DNA of 64,000 nucleotides from the human T2T-CHM13v2.0 reference genome, Homo sapiens, in NCBI RefSeq assembly GCF_009914755.1, contig NC_060931.1. The stretch is one strand, 5' to 3'. Shown one piece after another: positions 56,516 to 64,000 of the stretch. The number at the start of each line of letters is the position of its first letter. Position 1 is the stretch's first letter. The translations under genes were made by a program, and so were the position numbers. The notes under the pieces are model-generated. The model worked only from the letters and a program-made list of their open reading frames with translations. It was not told the DNA's origin and searched no databases.

Positions 56516-58239
56516 CTTTTTTTAAATGGCAATGAAGAAACCAAAGTCACTGCTTGGAAGTATGTCTAAGTCAATGCCTAGTATCTTATGAACTCAGCCT
56601 CCTTACCAGCTGCCCCACAGATATTTGGATCAAGGTAATATGTGGAAGGGTCAAAATGTTTCCAAAACACTTGTTGCTGAAAGGTTTTACCGTCAGTTTT
56701 ATTTTCAGATTGCATACTATTTGATCAGTAACTATATTTATATTCCTTTCTGTAGATCTGAAATTGTCAAATGTTTCATTATGAAGTTTATCTATAGAGC
56801 TTACTTATTAAATGTCCAATAAAAATAACCACTCATATGGGAAATTTAACTTTATTCATGTTTTCAGGTTAAATGTGCACACTGACAGGCCTTCTCCTGT
56901 CCTGAAAGAACTCTTAACCAATACAGCCACAGATAGGAATCCCAGCTCCACCAGGTACTTACCGTGTGACCAAGTCTTGACGTAACTTTACCTTGTGAAT
57001 TTCCTTGTCTGCTTCTTGTTGTTTCAAGAGGCAACTTAGCAGCAATGTGTCAACATCAGGATATTAACATCTCTTGTAATTTTCCTATGTTGCCTAACTC
57101 CAACTAATGCCAATGATATTATAATTCCAGGATCAGAACAGATTATCATATCAGACTCACCAGTTTAATACACAGTTGTATTGTTCATTTATTGATGACT
57201 TACAGAATCATATCCAACATTTATCTGATAGATAAATGAAAAAAAAAAGTTTTATAGCAACATCCCATGTGTACCTTAACTTCTCAGCAAGTAATTTTTC
57301 TTCTTGATGTTTATTTCATTTTACCTGCAAATGTGTTATTTTTCTTTATTGTGTATGTGTGTGCTTAAAAAACTTAAATTACGTACAATTGTCAATTATA
57401 TAACTGGCTAAAAAAGTGGAAAATTCAATGAATCCTTTTTTTAATGTCAGCAAATGGTATAATTTGTGTTTTATACTGAATTGTTGAAATTGATCTCTTT
57501 GACAGTAAAGCAAATGTTGCTATTGTTTTGACAGTATAAAGCAAAGCAATATGAAAGCTGAATATATTTAAAGAAACTCTTAAAAATTGAATCCACACAG
57601 AATGCATATTAAAAATGAATATTTCATAGGGAATTTTTGTATAATTATTTTCATCCAAGTTCTCTGAAATTTTTTATGAGATGGTACTTCTGAAAGAATA
57701 TTACACCAAAAACCAACCTAAAATCAACTTCACACTCTATAAGTTAGATACACTTATTTGAAGTGAAATCTCATTTCTAAATTCCTACAAGAATTTTTGC
57801 TGAGCTTTATTATTGTAGAACTTCTATATCACTTCTAGAAACCATAAATGTGCATGACACACACGTGTATATATTGCATATAATTTGTGGATCTCATATA
57901 CATGTGATTTTCTTAGAGCCAGTCCTCAAAAGGAAAGTCTCTTAGTCACTGTGATGTGTTTGGTTTCTTCTATGTGTATACTTAACAAGTCTATAAGAGA
58001 ATTCACCCACAGAAACACCCACACAAAGACATTCAATGAAAGTAACTCAGAAGGTAAGACAAACCAAGTGCATTTTTGAAGTTTTATGCACACACATATT
58101 TATACATACATATATACACACATATGAATATTTATATATACACATAAAGAAAGTTTGAGGATTTGTTTTCTTTGTTAACAGTGGTTTATAGACTACATAT
58201 CAAATACCAGAATCTGTGATAAGTATTCTATATTGTTTT

Positions 58240-58450
58240 TCATTTAGCCCTAACACAAAAATCTCTTAGGTTGGCATTAAAAGTATGGGTACATGTAAAA
58301 GTTCCCTTACTTTTACAATGTGGTATGATAAATATTAACATATTCTCTGTAATGTTCTATAGAGAGGAAGTTGAGGTATAAAGGTTTAAGAAACTCATCC
58401 GAAGAAGAACAGTAAGTGGTAGATCCAATATATGATCACATTTTGGTTTC
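58240..58450 (-). mobile_element. MIR interrupted by a templated insertion
   Basis: tcatttagccctaacac...tagg [insert] tagagaggaagttgagg...aggtttaagaaactcatccgaag...agtaagtggtaga. Confidence 0.55.
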
Positions 58451-59591
58451 TTTATAAGATCAAAGATATTAGATAGAAGATAGAGTCACCCGCATGAATG
58501 CATATAACTGCTTTATAAATACTGTATTGACTTTTAATGTCTTGGAATTATATAGATGTTTTATATGTAAAAATGTTTAGAATGATGTTAGTAAAATGTT
58601 AGCTAATGAATCATTTTAGATTCATGGCCTGAAATTTTATGGAAGGAATTATCCAAATACCCTCTTACACCCTAGGTAATCCCAATAAATAGTGTCCAGT
58701 TGTAAGGTAATACCTAGAGAAAAGACAAAAGAGATCCAAAATCATGTAATAATGATAAATGTGAAGATGATCAGAGGTCTAATGTAGGCAAGATGTGTAA
58801 AATAAAGACATTCTAAATTAAAGGCTCAGGGTGCTTCTCATAATAGGGACTGAGAAACTAGCCAATAACCAACACTACCAAAGCCTCTGCAATTGTCTGG
58901 AGATAAAACTGGCCTTTTGTTTAATTATCTCTGTAGTCAGGTGTAAGAAACACTGCCTCAAAATCTTAAATTCTCCTTCAGCAAATCAGCTAATGGGGAC
59001 TCTGAATTTGGCCTCTCTCAATCTGTCTCAGAGATCCTGAATCCTCCTCTTCCTGGTGATTGGGGCCCTAGAAATTGTCATTATTAAAAAAACAACCAAT
59101 ATAAAAAGATCTGACACTAGTTCCCTTCTTTTATGCACTAGGTGTCTGGCTGCATAAACCCATAAGCAGTATTTTATCCACAAAGTGGAGATTTCCAAGA
59201 GGAAAAAAACCCAGATTTGAGTATGTAACTTTACATGGTCTCTTTAAATAAACAGGTTTGATGTTTGAGGCACTCATCAGAGGGAGTCTATTCTCCATGT
59301 GACCTTTCTTAGTTTAAAGGATTCCTTGTACCTTCAGAGGCAGGTAACCTGCTAAACACAAGTGTCGTTTTGAAATAGTACAACATCAACATCAATGCTC
59401 TTAACAGCTGTGGTATACCTCTCCTCGGCTATGTTAGAAGTTCTAAAACTAAAGTAAGGAAATATATCATTTATCTTAAAATTGACATTAAAAATGAATT
59501 TCTTCCACCTTAGGGAAATTACTTACCTGTAAAAGTACCCTTACTTTTACAATGTGATATTATAAATATTAACATATTCTCCATAATGTTC
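58294..59591. repeat. dispersed 64-bp direct repeat (58294-58357 and 59528-59591)
   Basis: 59/64 identical by manual alignment, no gaps. Confidence 0.95.
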
Positions 59592-61287
59592 AACTTAATT
59601 CAGTTTTGGGGGGAAAAATGGGCTAGTCCTTAAACATAACATGTTTGAGCTCACATATTTAATTGACTTTCTCTTTCATAACAATTTGTAGGCTAGTAAT
59701 AGAACCTTTAAGAAAAAAGGCTCAATGACCATATCTTTAAATTGAAAACTGAGAAAACTTATCCTTAGAATTTTGATAGGGGAAGATAAGTTCCACATTT
59801 ATGACTATTTATTTAGCACTGACAAATATCAAAATGATAACCTTATGTTGGAGAAGTTTGTATATTTCCCCAAAATTAGCTATGTGTCTCGCTAGTCACA
59901 GTTAGTTTAAAATGTCTTTTTAAAAGACAATCAAGAGGACACTTTGTAAAAAGTCAAGTCATTTACATATTCTCTACCTTATTAATCTATAGAAAATTCA
60001 TCTGATATTGGTGTCAATTTTCTCTCCTCGGCCTCTCCTTTCTCCTCTTCCATATTCTGTGGACTAGGATCATTTCTGAAGGACTAGTACTATACCTTGT
60101 ATGTAGTTTTATAGTGACAGTTTCTAGTATATTTTTTCATGTTAGGAAAGAAATGTTTTTGATAAGTAAATTTATTTAATATAATAGTTTTATTCTAAGG
60201 CTAAGAGATCTAAAAGGCAATCAACTATAAAATTATTGCCTGTCGTTAATTCATTTGAAATCCAGAATGATTTTGAATTAGGAGACAGTAAGACCACAAC
60301 AAGAAAATTCCTTTTCTGTTGCACTTTTAAAGAAAGGGAGGAGATAAGAAAAAGAAGCAATTTAAAAGTATCACTGTTTCTTTGCAGCAGAATATGTTTT
60401 CAGAAACTTTCATAGACTTTTTTCCTTGTCTCATCACAGGCTGGAATGTGCTTAGTATTCTTTCACTCACTTCATATAAATGTGGACACTGAGACTCAGA
60501 AGTTACAACATAGAAGACCTGAGATTTTAGTCCAGTTATTTTAATTAAATATCTTCTTTTTCACTCAGCTATGAGAGTGTCAACGTTTTGAATATGACAT
60601 CATCATAACTCTAAAGGCAGCACTTTCCTATCAAAAAAGTAAATGTAGTGTACATCATTACAAAAGTTGTCTTGTAAAGCATACTCTTTTTCTGGTAGGT
60701 GAATATTTGCAGAACTCACTAGGAAGCAACTCTTTAAACTCAAATCCTAACTTGCAAGGAAGAATTATTTCTCTAGCAAACAAAAATCCTAACTTATAAT
60801 CAAATTTAGAAATTACCAACATATTGAAGTTTATCTTCAAAGGCCTGGACAAATCTGGACACTTAGATTAAAAAAAATTGAAAGGGAAAACAAAAGACAT
60901 TTTTTGATAATCTAGATATCAGATAACATGATGATTATCTAAGATTGTGGACAATCCCAAATCAATTGTTTACCATAAGCAAAATGCAACTAAATTCAAT
61001 ATTTGATTACTGAAACCACAGAGACTTGGTTTACTAGGCAGTTGCTTTTGGTTGTGATTATTATTTGTTTTGAAGTGAAATTCAATCAGTTGTGTCTATA
61101 GAAAAACATCTGACTGTGTCTGCATTCCTAGGTATTTCACAGGCATCTTCTATATTGCCTGACCCTCTTCCATGTACTGGGTACGTACTTTAAACAAAAT
61201 AAATGCCCCACTCAGGTGGCTATCACATGCTAATGGAGGCGAAGTTATAGGGAGACAGAATATTACAAAAATAAATATGGAACATTA

Positions 61288-61625
<338 letters not shown>

Positions 61626-63285
61626 TATATATATACTAGATACATAGTATATAATATGTATACACACATATATACACCATAGGTATTATATGTATATACT
61701 ACATTTATGCTACATATTTTCTAAATTTTTAAAAAAGAAAAATAGCAAGACGAAGAGGTGGCCAAGAAAGTCCTCTCTTAAAAGGTAGCATTTTAACAAG
61801 GACTCAAATCAAATGAGTGAGCAAAACACGAATATTCAGGGAGAAAGTACAAGAGGCTGAGACAACACTGTGCAAAGGCCCTGTGGCAGGCAAGGTTCAA
61901 AATGATAGATGTAAGATAGATGACACATCAAGTCCCCTTTCTTGCTCCAACATCGAAATGGGACTTAGGAATCAGGAGATCTGAAGGTAAAAATATTTAG
62001 AACAGAAATATATTTTGTCTCCATTGGGGATTCTGGCTTTTCCAATAAGTAGAGTTTTTATAACTATTTTTTTATTTCAACTTGTGTGTAAGATCTTTTT
62101 ATTTCAAATCTAGAAAACTGTCATAATGATAATTAAAATTTCCTCAGAAATTATATAATCACTCAACTGTAGCATAAATTGAATTCATTTTAAACTAATG
62201 GATTATAGAAATAATAGTAAAATTGTATAATGTTACAGATAACTGAAATGTTGGCTAAATTAATCTGCAGTGAAAGCTTTCCTTAAAACATAAGTTTTAA
62301 ATAAATACATTTTGTTTATAAGTCTCATTCAGAACAAGGAATGGACTCTATATACTGTAGAATGAGACATTCTCTTATGGTGTCCTATAATGTGATTGAA
62401 GTGTTTTATTTTCAAATGGTTGCTATCTGCAAAACTCCTTATATTTTTGTCCTTACCTCTAAGTCAGTTAATTTCACCTACTTTGTAATTAATTTATACA
62501 AACAAAATCATGTTCTTAGATTACACTGTAGGAACATATAACACTACTTTTGCCTTATTACCCAATTACTTGGAGCTCTTTAGTAATCAATCACTTATCT
62601 GCCTTTTATTTCTTTCATGGTTAATTGGAGATAACTAATAGATGTGTTTATTCCTCCCCGTGTAAATCTTTCCATGCATCCATCATGAAGTACATGAAAA
62701 ATTGCATCTGTTTTGATTTCAAGATTGTTGATTTTCAGTTTAGAAAACTCAAACTCAAAAAAAATGAATTTCCTAATATTATACTTTATTTTTGGAGTTA
62801 TCAAAAAATGATTAGAAAAAATAGCAGAAATATCAAGCATACATTATTGCTATATATTAATCTGTATGGTAACTACACTTTATGTATAGGGTTCTGACTA
62901 GCCTTTATTACCCATAAGTTTGTTTCAAATAATTTTTCCCAGTAATCTGGAAATATTGACAATTTAAAATCATTGCTATTTTCATGTTTGCATGAAAAAC
63001 TAACACAAAAAATAATTTGACTAAAATGAAAATTTCAAATAAGTCCACTGGCTGATGAAAATAAAGCAAAAAAATTACAATAGATTCCTCATCTTGTACA
63101 GTAGTTGGCTTCAGACATGTGTACAAAGTAAACTCTATGTATGCTATGAGGAGATGAAATCACCTTAGAAATTAGTTTTTATGATCAGTCTTAAAGATAT
63201 TTCAGACCATACTAGAATATGATCTAATTGTTCTTTCAGTTGTTTACAGAAAAATAAAACCACAGAATTATTCCTGTTACCTGGG

Positions 63286-63337
63286 TTGAAGATCCTAATA
63301 ACTAAATAATTTGAAGACCTAATAACTAAATAATTTG
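63286..63337. repeat. 24/25-bp tandem duplication
   Basis: ttgaaga(t)cctaataactaaataat x2. Confidence 0.9.
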
Positions 63338-63429
63338 GATAAGGTAGAGTAATTTCAAATAAGTAGTACATGACGTTTTAATGTCTGGCTTCTCTATAAA
63401 GCATAAATAGATTTTAGATGCCTTATGTC

Positions 63430-63760
63430 TGTGTATTCCAGCTGACCAAAACAATATTAAGAATGCATCTTTATAAATGGGTGCTAATTGATAATGGAAA
63501 TAATTTAGTAATGGACTATATAGGATGTTAATAATGAAGCCATATGTTTATGTCTGGATTTAGAAATTTTAAACAATCATTTACTATGTTATTTTTCCTT
63601 ACCTTGAAGAACATAAACTGTTGTTTCAGTTCTACAAATCAGCAAGATATTATTTATGGCAAGAAATATTCCGTTGAAATGTTGTGCTATAAGATGGGAA
63701 AATGTAAATATTTTTCATGGTTTTTATCAATGTGAAAAAAACTTAATCCTGAAAAAAAAA
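63430..63760 (+). pseudogene. possible 5'-truncated retrocopy of an mRNA 3' UTR (parent not identified)
   Basis: non-TE, 3'-UTR-like sequence ending gtgaaaaaaacttaatcctg plus A9; polyA signal not intact, no convincing TSD. Confidence 0.3.
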
Positions 63761-64000
63761 TCAGAAAAATTGTAATTAATTTTTTTCTAAAAGTTATAAA
63801 AATAATGCATTGTTAGTAAGATAAGATTTACTATTAAAAGTCTCCATGTTTATCACATTTATTTATTAAGATATCCATGACAAAAAAAAGACGACACACA
63901 AATTTTATTTGTCCATTTATTTTTCATTTTAAATTTGATGTTCATGACCTTTATCAACTGTAACCTCATCCATCTGAAAGGGAAGATCGTATAATGTTGA

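Noticed and set aside
59521-59529. Consensus minus-strand donor CAG|GTAAGT (similar sites at ~369, 50853, 56957)
   Set aside because: No matching acceptor or reading frame could be tied to them; isolated donors are expected by chance in 64 kb

Overview
AT-rich primate (human-like) nuclear DNA, either intergenic or deep intronic. It is dominated by interspersed repeats: L1 fragments of many ages (L1PA, L1PB, L1MA to L1ME), eight Alu/FLAM elements (most with visible target-site duplications), MaLR LTRs (MLT1, THE1/MST, one near-complete LTR-int-LTR MST element), a MER11 (ERVK) solo LTR with a 6-bp TSD, ERV1-type LTRs, L2/MIR relics and hAT MER elements. No protein-coding exon, RNA gene, CpG island or CRISPR-like array can be supported. 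All listed ORFs are repeat-derived or chance ORFs. I cannot support a new biological system here. The most unusual signals are local templated rearrangements: (1) a FLAM carrying three perfect 47-bp copies, each made of two hairpins; (2) a 64-bp segment apparently copied from 1.2 kb away into a MIR, with a short inverted leader; (3) an ~83-bp fold-back inversion inside a nest of L1 3' ends; (4) a 160-bp microhomology-flanked tandem duplication. There is also a back-to-back MST/MER11 LTR pair. Repeat subfamily names come from recognising consensus-like sequence by eye. Boundaries of old elements are approximate and need RepeatMasker/Dfam confirmation.
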